NCBI GenBank assembly: GCA_051362555.1
Contig: CM120640.1
Coordinates: 26,930,003-26,994,002, forward strand
DNA from: Lingula anatina
Lineage: Eukaryota > Animalia > Brachiopoda
Length of the DNA: 64,000 nt
Reading direction: 5' to 3'
In this document: positions 1 to 13,766 of the stretch, piece by piece
How positions within the stretch are numbered: the first letter of the stretch is position 1
Layout of the letters: each line of letters opens with the position of its first letter
Translations under genes and position numbers: made by a program
Notes under the pieces: model-generated
The model's input: the letters and a program-made list of their open reading frames with translations, nothing else
What the model was told of the DNA's origin: nothing
Database searches by the model: none

Positions 1-2094
1 TCACGCAAAGTTAGGCTGTATTTTTCATAATTTTGATACTTCTAGGTTCTTATGGAAAATACCACCTAAATTTAGACCAAACTGTTGCAACCTACGAGTG
101 TGCATCAAAATCGGATTATGTACAATGTACAATCGGATTATAACAATGATAGACTAACTGCACTTTATCCAAGACAAAAATCTAATACGTTATTATGTCC
201 AAGTATCATGGTATGTAGTGTCTATTTTTCAACTTGTTATTCAAACAACAAAATTTAAACAAAATGTGCAATTTTATTCTTACAAACTAACAAGTATAGG
301 AATCTGCCCTTAAATTTTTTATCATTTATATTTCTTTACTGCAGCTAAACATAAAAGCAATTGCCGACTATCTAGTTAAAGCTAATTTGAAATAAAGAGA
401 CGATTTATTAAATACCACTAATTTGTGTGAACTGAGAGCCGAAGATCGTGCACATTGTCATTTTTTTTCCAAATGAAAAACGACTATCTAAACTTTATTC
501 TGTCTGCTCTCGTATCAAAGTGAAATGTGAATTCCACACGTTTAACGAAACGCGTTTATTTTTCACGAAACAAAACGTTTTAGCCCTTACTTAAGTTATT
601 GATATTTCAAATATTTTTTTTTAATTTTTGGAAAAAGATTCCGCTTTGTGATTCATACAATCCGCACTTTAGCAGAGTTTCTGTTCATTTTTGATGCCAT
701 GAAAAAAATTCTTGGTCTTAAATTTCCGTTATATGAAAAAATTAAAATCTGGTGTTAATCTGGGTAAAGTCTTTTATCGCGTGAAACATAGATAACATAA
801 AAGTAAAAACACATATGAAGAGATACTAAAATAGCAAAAACTATGATATTCATAATGCTCTTAAAGCGAATTTTGTAACCAAACTCTATTCCTTTAAAAC
901 TATTTCAAAGGCGTTAAATTTAAGGTGTAAAATAAAAGAAACTTACATTGTTGATTGTGTCCAACACCAATAACTACGTAAGACTGCAACCGCAGACAGT
1001 TTATATATACATCCCATTACTGTAAATTCCATAACTTTCTTAATTTTTCAATATAAATTTAAACAAAAGTTTGGTTTCTTTTAAATGGAATAACAACTCA
1101 AAATATTAATTGCTACTCTTATGTTATAAAGTTACCTAAATAATTGAAAAAAAATCGTACTAACAACGAAAAACAAAAAGAAAAAGAGCAGTGTCATATT
1201 TTCTTTGAATTCAAAATTTACGGCAAAAATACAGCCAATGGCTTGTCCCATATAAAAATCATTTAAGAAAAAAAAAATCACATAATAAATCACCTGAAAG
1301 AAAAAAAGAAAGAAAGAAAGAAAAAAAAACAGGGGGGCTTACATACATAACTAGATATGGCATCTAAAATATATAAATTACAGTCATCTCAAATTACATA
1401 AAATTAAGTTCACCTTTAACACTTATGCTGATTATAAAATTTGTACAAGTCTGAGGTTATTCAAATGCGGCTAACCTGTGGCAACTGATCCATAAAGTCA
1501 AAAGATGCAAGACAGAGTCAACCTTAGTGCAATTCCATTAGGCATCACCTAACTTGTTGGGAGAAAGGTACAACATTTACAGATTGATAATTGTTATCTT
1601 AATCATATTTCTGATTAATTTTTGCCAAAGGCTTCACACTCAGCTTCAGTGATTAAAATTCTGTTTGAAGGAGTAGAAATTAGTAATGCTCAATTGAAAA
1701 AAAAAAAAAACAAACATTTCAAATCATTCAATACATATGTGACAATGGCAGGTTTTGTAAAAGGTAAAGACCAGTGTCAATGTACGCAGAAAAAAAAGTT
1801 AAAGTAGATCTTGGTGCCCTTTATTCTCTGACACGATATAACTTATTCAGCTGCCATGAAACCATTGCCGTGGAAATGATGAAGTGTTTATCTTTAAATA
1901 AGTATAGGTACTGATAAAATAAAACATACAATCATATCAAAAATATCTCAAAATATTGTTTTCAAAATTTCCCTTAAGTAAATCAAATATGATGAATGAT
2001 ATAATAATAAAAAATAACCAGTAAGAAAAAAGTAATAATGTAAAAATTAGAAACCAACAAAAACAGACTTTTTCATGACTTTTGATGTCCAGAA

Positions 2095-2096
<2 letters not shown>

Positions 2097-2158
<62 letters not shown>
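2097..2158. repeat. (TA)n microsatellite
   Basis: About 30 perfect TA units. A second (TA)n lies at ~5808-5841. Confidence 0.95.
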
Positions 2159-2162
<4 letters not shown>

Positions 2163-3037
2163 CACTCTGTGCATGTGAACACAGGGTATGTTGTATTTTG
2201 TTTATTTTGGTTACCCATCAATAAAGGACAACATCTTCTTTAATACTGGTATATAAGTACATGTACATTCATCCAGGTATGATCATAGTGCACTTTACAT
2301 TCTTATTCTGGTGTCTTTAACTAGCAATTCAAATATGAGATCTGTGCAAGATAAAAATACAGGGAACAGAAGATGATCTTCTTTAAAAACAATGATTGTC
2401 TCTTGATAACTGGGTTTCAGCTTGCACTTAGTTTGTTTTGTAGAGAATTTATCATTTATGTTACTATGAGATCATTTGAATATCATTTTAAGTTATTAAA
2501 ACATTGTCAATTTACACTAATATCTTTTAATTTCAATTCATTGACAAGTTATTAAATTTCTTAAAGCAATTCAAAACATTAGTCGAACTTGGTGTAGTTG
2601 GAATTTTGATCCAATTTCACAATGTGTATATAAAAAAAACCAAGCCACTTTGTTACACTAGAATCGTGCAGTGAGCATGTTTTTACCAAACCTTACACAT
2701 TGAAATAAACACCACCCATACTTAGCAATGTTTACAAGTATCCTACATTTACATAATATCATAGACACATTAATGTGTTGTATATTATAGCTGTGTCTTA
2801 TATATTAATGTGTTCTTTTATCAATCCAAACATTCTCTTTTCTCTAACATGTGCACACAACCAGTGTATAAAAAACAGTTTGTAAATGTCTTCTTCAGAT
2901 TTTTGTTTACTTTTCTACCTATTTGTATTCTTCTCCAAACCCTGGATTCCAACATTCATTAATTTTCAAAACCCCACTGTAATATCTGTTTGGTGTTTGA
3001 GTGTTTCCCCATACTGTGTTGTTCACTGAGTATATGA

Positions 3038-5804
3038 CTATGACCCAGTTTTATATTTGGACTGTATGACTAAATACTTGTCATCTATTGTTTCACGTTC
3101 AAACTCAATCACTTTACAAGGGTCATGTTTTGCCAGGAAGTGTTCAAATGTGTCCCATCCTCCTCCAACTCTCACCATTAGATGCTTGCCATGCAATAAC
3201 TGAAAACAACAGCAAATGCCAATAATTAGACTAGTGCAGTTACAGATATTGAACACAATAAACAGATGAAGGAACTACCATTATACAACACTGCTGTAAA
3301 TGTTCATATAAATTTTCATGAATGTCCTGTCACCCATTCATATACCATATTGCCAATAAATGTGAATAGTAAGAGTCTTTGCTAACTTTGTTTAAAATGT
3401 AATTTTGCATTTGAAAAGCTTAAAAATGCAAAACTCTCTTTAAAGTACAACTTAAATGTATATACAGACCTATACATTGAAGCTAAAAAGTGAGATTACT
3501 TACCCTGATAAACACAATTTTACGCCCTATCTTGTACTTGCCCTCAGAGATACGGTTTATTTGGAAGCCACAGTTGGAGCAAGTGCATTGGCTGGTTAAC
3601 TTGGTCACCTATGAGGGATGAATATCAAGCTATTTATTAGGAAATAAAGGTTGTCAGCCACTGTGGATTTACAAAAGAAATAAAACGCATTGGGATATGC
3701 TTCATAAAACACGATACATATTTTCAATGACTTATCTTTCTCATATTATAATTAAATTCAATAAAAAAGACAATTTTAAGGCTAATGTCATAATCCCCCG
3801 TACCTCCTGGTGAAGCTTAGAAGCTATCCTGCCTGAGCCAAGCCTCCTCCTGGGAGTACAAGGGGAAGACGATCTGGAAGAACTTGGGGAGTCAAACACC
3901 ATACTTTTCACCCCACCAGTCAGGGATTCTGTACTACCTAACTCTTCTTTTTCTATTTCCTTCTCAAACTTCACCAGGTTTGGAGGTTCCACTCCATATG
4001 TGGAGGCTATTCTAGCAAGCTCCAATAGACAAAGTATCACAGATCTTTCATGCTTGTGAAAAACTAGAAGAGAAATAGAAAGGAGCATAGAAAATAATAA
4101 TTTTAGAGCACAGGTTGGATCATTATCATTGGATCCGAATTTCAACGTACTGAAATATTGAATGTGTTTTCTTCTCCAAATCCAATCATCACATCTACTG
4201 CAATGAGACTTTCACCCACTGTGATGGTGTAATAAAACTGAGGGTCTGTGAAAGTCTGCCTTCCATTTAAATATAATGGTTAGGGTTAGCCTGACTTAAG
4301 TAGGTCAAAATCTAGGGCAAGGCTTACCTCTACAAATGAATGGGAAGTGGACTCTCTATCCTGGGGATTTCTCTGTCACATTACAACAGCAATATCCCTT
4401 ACATAACAAAATCAGTAAACACATTTAATATTTCAGTACATTGAAATTCGGATCCATTGCACTGCAGCTTCTACATTTTCAAATCTCCACATTTGCATGT
4501 CTCCTGGAGCAATTGTCAGCAGTGTTTCATTTAAGTATACCACACCAATCACAAATATGGCCTCGGGGGGCATATCAAATATGCATGATTTATTTCCATT
4601 CAACTCTTAATGTTGATTTTACTTCATGAAATCTTTTAAGAATCCGCCATGGCAACTCTTCTTTCTGTTTAACCACCCTAGGTCCCAATATACCAGTATA
4701 CAGGATCCTAGCTCTTACCAAGGTCCTCTGATTCAAACAAACACTCCTGTTTCACTCCCCACTCCCTACACCAGCTCAGGAAGTTAGCAGTGTTGTCCCT
4801 GGCAAACCATGACCCTCGTTTGGCATTGGGGCGGAAGCGGACCTTGTTCTCTGGAATGTGCTGGAAGTGAAGATATACCAATTTTTCGGTAATGGATTTC
4901 ATCAGAAAAAAGGCAGTTTTTTTATGAATATGCATACTGGAGTATACTGATAGGTTTGGGCACAGGTGTGTTTTAATTTGTTGGTGCATTGTTAGCGAAT
5001 ATATACATGTACATGTACAGTGTATGGGTGGATGTGTATAAAGGGTGCATGACAATAGTCCGAAGGTTCAATAGTCCATAGGCTTATTCCAAATATTCAC
5101 TATAGAACCTTAAGACCAATGAACCCTTTTATTTAAAAAAACTGATGAAAATGTTACGATTTTTCAGACCAATTGGCCAATGAACCTTAGGACTATCAAG
5201 ATACACATGGGCTTGACATGTGCCTACATTCAGTGTGCATGTGTATGTGTGCGTGGAGTACACATGTAATTCCGTGATTTAAATTGCATACCTGTGTGGT
5301 TTTTAGATTCTGCCTGTTAGCTTCAGCTTTGGTATGAATGTGCTGTGCCAGATGACACACAAAGACACCATTATCCAATACATCCATAAAGTTTCCTGCA
5401 TCGATATCTATACCTGAAGACAAAAAGAAATATATAGCATATCATGGAAATGTTATTAGTTCATAACAGCAAGATCAATAATATGTAATCATGGCTTCAT
5501 CATGTTATTCATTAGTTGATGTACATCTAATTGGTAGGTAACTGCAGCTGGTACAAGACGTATTCTTTCTTTAGCTGATAGCATATTGATGTCATATGGC
5601 ATTATTGTTAGGCAACCCTCTTTCTAAACAGGTTTATCAGGAAGATTTTTTCATATTTTAATGTTGGTAATTGAAGTAAAATGCATTATTGAATGCATAG
5701 ATGACTATGTGCATACATGTATTTGTGCATATGTATAAGCTTGTTAGTTTGCATGGTGATTTAATCAATTTAAAATATGACAGATTATGTAATGCATTAT
5801 GTAA

Positions 5805-5846
<42 letters not shown>

Positions 5847-7652
5847 GCACAGTGAATCTTTTTTTTTTGTCTGGTTGAAACTGTTTTAAAATCTTTACAT
5901 ACAAATGTGTGCCAATCTTCTATAAACACACCACCTTTATCCTGACACATTCAAAGGATAATATGCTGTTGGTGGCTATAAATAAATGGAAGTGGCACTT
6001 TCATTTTTATTTCATCTAATTTAAAAAAGAAAACAAAGGTATACCCATGTAATAATTTTTTTACAAAAGAGCTGCCACTTGCTGTATTATATAGTAAAAA
6101 AAAAAAAGAGCCTGTATATGGTCACCCGTTATATTTACACTTCTCAAAGCCAACATATGATTGAATTTGAGCCTTACTTGTTAAAAGACTTATATTTAAA
6201 TAATTATCAGCAAACACAAATTTGAATATTTTTTCAGAAATAGTCTAAAATACCATTTAATTATGCAAATAATTATCTTAAAAAAGAACATATCATATTT
6301 CCTTGAGTGTGTGAATAAGATCTAGAATTGTGCTTCTAAAGACACATCTGTCATCTACCATTTAACTGCACTTCAAAGAAAGACATTATTCTAGTAATGC
6401 ATTTGAATTGTGCCTTGTGACATGTTCTATGGCAGCTTAGAAGCAGGCATGGAATTAATGTCAATAATGCTTCCAGCAGGTCTCCTATCACAATAGTCAA
6501 TCAGTCTGAAAACAGAAAGCAGGCTGAGTAATGGTCTGATTTGCCTTGTGGGGAGGGATCAAGATATGGCTGAATGATGGAAAGTTAATTTGTGGAACTG
6601 GTCGAGTTCTTTGTTTGAAAATTGTAGCAAGAAATGTCAAAACACCTGGTTTTATCTAAACTTGCATCACATGGCTTAATTAATTTCCTAATAGAAAATC
6701 AATGAGTGTTTCCGGGAACCTGTCTTTTTTTCTGCTTAGTCAGCACAGCATGGCTTCATTAAGCCCTTTTTACCTCATTACTCATCCCTTTCCCTAGTCT
6801 TTTCTAATGAAATGAACACAATAAAAAGTCAATACTTTTCTCTTTTCATATCTTTGTGTTTAACAAGGCTCTCAAACATCTGACCATTTCACAATGTTAT
6901 TATTCTTTGTCTTTTTCTTTGTGAGTAGTTAGATTAAGCCAGACAAAAAAGATCAATTCACTCTTGAGGTTTGTTTGTTAATGGCTTGTGTAGGGCTTAT
7001 CATATTATTTATAATCAGATTGTTGTTAAATTTTAATAATATAATATTTTTATTGTTTTTAAGTGCATTAAGCAAACTCATCATTTTTAGATATATATAT
7101 ATTCAATATAATTTGTGCAGTAAGTATGTGCAGGCTATTTATATTGTCAAGAATCCATTATCACATTGGTAATGCATTCTTCCTGTATTTCCTGCAGCAC
7201 TCTTAGCACACAAAGCAATATGTATTTTCCGATCACACCTTTTCTCTCAAATGAGCAGAAAGACAAAAAAAAAAAAAAAAAAAAAATCCCATTAAAAAAT
7301 CAACATCTTCAGACACTTTACCTAATAGTTTATTCAACCATTGTGCCAAGTCTTCTTTCAGAGGGATTAGAGCCTTAGCCTGCAATTCTTGTGCAACATC
7401 CTTGAGGTCGGGAGTGCTGCAACCGCCATTCTGGTACGCCGCTTCTGTAACAGTCCCTCTGTTTCCAATGTTCCCATAGGATGCACTCCTGCTTCTGGCT
7501 CTGGGTGTCCTGGGAGAGCTTGTCGCAGACGAATTCTTATTCCAACTCTCCATTGCTGCCAGCTTGGCTGTGGAATATGGAGGAAGCTTGTTCTTGCCTT
7601 TCACATTGTGACACTTGCTGCGATAGTCAACTGCAACAGATAGTTTGGTCAT
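3038..7652 (-). CDS. GAS2: Growth arrest-specific protein 2 (GAS2)-like actin-microtubule crosslinker, CH + GAR domains, ~373 aa
   Basis: Six GT-AG exons with consistent phase: 7652-7322, 5413-5292, 4860-4719, 4063-3804, 3608-3504 (not in ORF track; [35 protein letters not shown]), 3199-3038; total 1122 nt. CH motifs: [61 protein letters not shown] motif: [23 protein letters not shown]. The start could be the downstream Met at ~7553. Confidence 0.93.
5055..5195. mobile_element. Small foldback/MITE-like element with ~16-bp subrepeats, in GAS2 intron
   Basis: Left ATAGTCCGAAGGTTCA and right TGAACCTTAGGACTAT are near-perfect inverted repeats. Internal degenerate copies of the same unit (AACCTTAAGACCAATGAACC). 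Confidence 0.55.
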
Positions 7653-9999
7653 TAGAGCACAGATGGTATAGCATTTAAGTTCATGTACTTAAAGAGAAAT
7701 TGAGGAAAAAGATTCATACACTGGCTAGCTAACCATGAATGCACTGCAACAAAGTATTAGCAAAAATTTACCAGCCATATGAGTTTTCTTCATTCCCAAT
7801 GGTATTAAAGCACTGTTCATCAATATCAGTCAGTACTAAAATAAGCTTCCTATATATGGATTTTACGGCCATGATTGTCTTTTTCATTGGATGTTTGGTA
7901 TGGATACCCAGAAAGCTAAGCAATACTCTATTATGTCAGGCAGATAAATCATGATGAACAAAGAAATAAGAAATATACATGATGTAATACATTTAGCAAA
8001 TCAATGCAAATTAAGAAAAATAACTAGTTAAGATTGCTTTGGATGCATACAAGTAGTTACATTTTTTGAAATTACTGACAACGTACAATCCATACATAAA
8101 ACATCTAAAAAGAATACACTGAAACTACGCAGTATACACTCATAGTATGTTTTATATTCATACTTACAGTGATGGTCAGTACACAAATCAAATCAAATCA
8201 AATCAAATTTATAACACTGTGACAGCTAAGGGCAGATCTTGATTTCAACAAAGAAGTCTAACCCCTGCAACTGTTATTACTTAACAATCAATAGAGTGAT
8301 TCCTAATTTCAGCATCTAAAAGTAATCCATTTGGAGGATACCAAACCCATGGCTTCCTTGGTCATGTGACAAGGAATTAAGTCAGCCTATTTACCACTGA
8401 TAAAAGAGAGCTGTCTGTCATGCAAAGAAAGGATAACATAACAAGCAAAAACCTCTGGGAACCTGCAGTGTTTAATTAGACTGATGAATGGTTGACTTCA
8501 GAGAGTTGGAATAATTGAGAATAATTATATTGCATTCAATTACTAAATAGTGGTGAAAATGTGTCACATATATGCTTAATTGTTATCATAATAAAAAGAA
8601 ACTAAGAAAGTTGAAAAAGAATTGTCTTCACCATGATCTATGCAAGCTTACATTTTTCCTTTAATTCTTGCTTGTATATACTGCCTGGTAAGCTACAAAA
8701 TTTCTTTTTGCTGAATTTGTCATCACAATGGTAAACTTCCTTTCTTATGCATTAATAGCAAAAGTTATAAGTCCTATGCCAAATAAAATAATCTTATGAA
8801 AATAACAGCAGACACTTTTGCATCATGTCATTACCTAGTCACTTCACATCCTTGGCGGCAATAAATTTACCTTCAAGCTTCCTTCTTATTCTTCTTTAAC
8901 CATTAAGCGTTACACCTCAGCTAAACAAACATACACCCTGGACCAACCCAGTGTTGACATACCTTTATTTTGGTTTGTAGTTGGTTTGGATTTAATTTCA
9001 GACTGCATTTCTTGGCATCAAATTAATCCAAATAGATTTTACATTATGAAAACTGAGGTCCGCATACAGCACAGTATTCCACTGAACTGACTGGTAATAG
9101 TAGGCTGACCTACTGAATTCTCCAATACCTAGTAGAATGATTGGCATAAAGATCAATGTGTGCAAGTCAGGGACGTTTACTCCTTTCTCCATAGCATTAT
9201 ATATAAAACAGATCTGATAGCAAAGAATGGAAATCCTCACTTCATGCTAGACAAAATCATATTTCAGTTAAGTAACGTGACAATTAAAAAACTTCAGATG
9301 AAATTCACCTAATCTGTGATAAAACTTGCTAATTACAAATTTATACATACAAACATACAATGAACATCTTACCAAATTATAGAGACCAAATTGTTTCTAA
9401 TGAATTTTAAAAAATAAAATTCTGGGACCCACTAAAAATTCAGAAATCTCTTTTTTACTGATTAATCAGGAGGGGCTATGCTCTGTCATTTACTAGTAGA
9501 TACTAAATGTCTGTGCCAAAACAGGCTTACAATTGATTAAACTGTTCAGCTACTGAAAATTTTTCACCCTACCTTAAAAAATAGTCTGAAATAATCTTTT
9601 ACTTCAAATACGTAAAGAACATTTATATCAATACCTGCCAGTCCCTACTCCTGCATCACTTGGCTAACTTTCATCATTTCACATTCTTCTTATGCACAGA
9701 TTGAAGCAATTCATGATATAATAATCAATATGTGGCTATCTTCAACGTGCAAGCCAATTATTTATGCATTCACTGCATGTTCAAGTGGTTTATGCTTACC
9801 AGAATTCATTTTGTATTGATATGTGTTTTGTTACACTGTAACATATAGTAAATTATACATGTATTAATACATTTTAGGGGGTAGTGGAACATTCATGTAA
9901 ATAAAGTAGATTTTTTTGGAAAAAATATTTGTCTCATTAAAAAGAAATATCATTGACAGTCATTTAAAAGTAATACTATTGTACCTTATTCTGAGGTCA

Positions 10000-10033
<34 letters not shown>

Positions 10034-11159
10034 AGAATAAATAAAGGTCAATGAATGCAGCAAAGAAGTTGAAAGTACTCAACAATGGACCATAAACGAA
10101 CAGTTTCTGAGCATATTCCGAGGCCAAACAAATATAAACCACATAGGAGCCTTTGTTTGCCTGCACAGTAGCAGAACATGCCAGTGTGACCTGAGGGAGA
10201 TAACAGAATTGTTGCCATAGATATTTATCAAGTAGAGCTCCCAGCAGACAGCAGGTGGCTTAAGCTTGGATATTATTGGAATTAACAAAATAATCTGATG
10301 CATTATAGAGATTGCATGAACAAAGTCTGACCAAAACACAAGCGCCTAATGCATGAGTATAAAGACGTATTAGAATATGTTGTATTAATTTTTCCTCCTA
10401 TGTTATTCTAGTAAAACGTATGAAAATATACAATAATTTCAATTAAAATTAGATATGTACTCCCATTGATTATGATTTAATGACAATGATTTTAATCAAC
10501 CTGTTAATTGAATACCATTACAAGGCCAGTATTTATCTATTTCAGCAGTCTAAAAATTAATTGGTTTTAAAACAGATGAATCAAAATTTGACAAAGTTTT
10601 TATTTCTTTTTTTTTTTTAAGATTACCAGTACTGAGTACTTCAAATGTTCAGTTGTCTGAAAAGTTCACTTATAGGACTTCACCACTGTTCTCCCTATCT
10701 GTCTGATAGCATAACTTAATTACTGTTGCTTCTGACTAACAGTACATTTTCCCCTGGATAAGATATTTTTCACATTTGAAAAAAAAAAAAAATAATAAAA
10801 TAATAATAAAAATAAAATAGAATAAAACCAAGAAACAAACAAAAAAAAGCTACTTGTTACATTTTGTCAATTTTGATGCTCACATCATAGTCAAAAAAGT
10901 TCCTGTCTGACTTTGTTTAATTATCTGCAGTTTTTGGCTTTACATTTCATTTAGCAAGTCACTTGTAAGGTCTAAAACTAAGGATAGATACTGGTATTGT
11001 AAACGCTATAGACACACTGTACATGCCTGACAGGCTGCCTCTGTATAATTGAACTTTAATTGCTGCAAGAACAACGATTGCCTCGGCTGTATCGTTTATA
11101 AGCACTTAAACAAAAAAAAAAAAATCACCAAAAGTAATGCACACAAAAAAATGCATCTT

Positions 11160-11362
11160 ACCCAAACCAAGTAATGCAGCTGAATCATAGAGTTGTGAAG
11201 CATAGCGTGCTAGCGCATGGCAGCAGGTAAACAAATCGGGACGCACAGACAGGCGGAAGTAATGTGCATGCCAAGGCCTCGTTTTCGGGGGTTTATTATT
11301 TTCCTGGTTCGTGAGTGGGGGCAGGTGTTTGGCAACAACACTATAGTATCTTGTCAGTAAGT
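11160..11362. promoter_or_regulatory. Putative bidirectional promoter between GAS2 (minus) and WS/DGAT (plus)
   Basis: Local CpG-rich patch with ETS motif GCGGAAGT (11253-11260). It is flanked by an outward-facing minus-strand donor GTAAG (11161-11157) and plus-strand donors GTGAGT (11311) and GTAAGT (11357). Confidence 0.5.
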
Positions 11363-13766
11363 TGTTATTTGTTTTACTTGCATCAAGAATATACAGCTAT
11401 AGCCTAATGCTATACCCATATCCATAGAAAAACTTGCTAAACTTAGTGTACGTTTTATAGATCTCTTGTCCTCTGAAAGGACCTGTAGGGTACAGTTCAC
11501 AGTACGTGTACGTCCATATTAAACCTGCACAATTTCACAGGGAAGGCTTGTTCACCTATTTAGTCTCCAGATATCAGATGTGTAATCTACGAAGTGAAAT
11601 GTCCATATTCGTATTCATTGTCAAAATGGGCACCAAATACTTATTTGAAGTTCAAACAAATTATATAGATATACTGTACATGTAACTTATAATTTTGATG
11701 ACCTTTTTTATGCGGAACCGGCTACTGCTAAGTACATGTGCATAGCGCTGCCAATTTTTTTTGTCTTATATGCTAGATAAAGCCTCAATACAACCTGTGT
11801 TTCAACTGTCAAGGCTATAAATATCCATGTAATGGCAAAACTGTGTGTCCTCTGTCACACCTTGTATTATATAATTTGTATATAAAGTCCTTTATTATCA
11901 GTTCAAACATTATAGTTTGATAAAGTTTTAATCTTTTTTATTCCAGTTTTATTGCAAACTTAGGCAACTACTAGCATTGCCTCAGTTTTAGGCCTTACTT
12001 GCTGCACAAGTAACGCCTTATTCTACCCTGTGCTTCAAACTCTTGTTTATGTGATGTTACTTGCAATTGGTGTCCCTAAGTGCTTTGACATTTTATTAAC
12101 CCAAGACAGCAGGAATGAAAAGACTGAAACACTCTCAAACTGAGGAGTGAACTGATACTAAGGGACTTATATTTGAAATGATTTACTACCCAGGTACAAT
12201 GGGAGAAAGCTTGAGTTTTTTTGCTAACATCACTGGTTTGATCAGGGTGAATGAGATGAGATGATTAATATTTTTATTTATAACACAATGTGTCCAAGTA
12301 TATAGCAATCACCTGATGTTGCTGTAGCTAATGTTGTCATCATTGCCCTTGGTATTTCTGTTCACTTTCCTGCATTTTTTACTCTTAAAATTGTTATTAT
12401 TGAAGTATTAAGTTTTGTATGGATTTTTTTTTTTTTTTTTTGAAAAATTGGCAGTTTCCAGATGTAACTTTGCATTTCCATGGGTTTGAAGCTCATGCAG
12501 TGCTAATGGTTTACATTTTCTTAATGTATTGGTAGTTCAAACTTTAATTTTAAATTAGTGGCGATTATGCTATAAGATATCACTCTACTGTATGTAATAT
12601 TGCGTTAAAATTGACAATAAGTATTTTGTGCACTGTCATCACAAACACGATAAAATGAAGAACATATATTATTATTCCAAATTAATTGTGACCTTATTCA
12701 AGTAAATATATGTAATCCAATATTTCTTTATTTGATTTAGATCTCTATTTAAAATGGATATAGGTTTTATAATTAACTGACATCCAACATGCAGTGTGCA
12801 GAAAGAAAAAAACTTAAAAGAAATATGCTTGGCTTAAAATACTAAAAAAAAAAAATGTCAGTTAATCCCACATCAGGAGAAGAAACCTACACCAGTGCAC
12901 AGATAACTTTCAACCTAAGCTACACTCTTACAAGTAATTCCATAGAAAACTGTTTGTGGTTACCTGAAGAACAGATCTAAATAATATAGACCTTTACTTG
13001 CTCAAAGACAATCACCCAGTTCACAGACCAAATATTCTGATCTTTCGTTTCTGGTCTAGCAAGAATCTCTTAGCTAGATTTACACTGGCACATTTCCAGC
13101 ATACATATATCTGTAAGAAGGTATAATGCAGAAGCCTGAATAGCAGAATTGCTATTCTGAGAACTCAGTTTCCATGGATACAACACAAATGTAGCTGTAA
13201 TTGTTTTTTTTTTTAGTGTGAGTGTTGATATTGCCTATTTGTCAATTATTTGATAGAGAAGTGCTGTAGATATGTTACAAATGGTAGAGGTGATTGCTCT
13301 TATTATTGTTATTATTTCTCTTTGAATCCCATTGCTGTCAGTGCCTTAACTGCTATATTAAACGGTTGCTTTTAGACTGATGCAGTCTGGCCTGATATTA
13401 TCTGGACTGTATTGCCTGATGGTATTGTGTGCTTGCTGTAATTATTGTTTAGAAATAAAGTCATGGATCAATATTATGCTTTATAGAAAGTGTTTCAAGG
13501 ATATGTGGAAGCTCTAGATAATTGCCTGCCAAGTGATTTCATATGAAATGCTTAAAGGTAGGTTTTATAATATCAACCATCTTATAGGTGTTTAGAGAAT
13601 GAAACAGGTAAGTGGGGCTTTCATAGGCTGCTTACATATGGATTTGCTGTATGGCATATTAAGAAGTGTTAACAGAACATTGTCTTAGACCAAGCAGGTG
13701 TCTTAAATGCAAAGCACAAGTGCATGAGCAAGGGCACACATATCATGTATTCATATAGCTATTTTT

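Noticed and set aside
1-1300. CpG-containing AT-rich stretch that looks like a repeat or transposon remnant
   Set aside because: No termini, ORF or second copy identifiable within the window.
1937-2221. ORFs with IYIYIY runs (also 5701-5950)
   Set aside because: Translation of (TA)n microsatellites.
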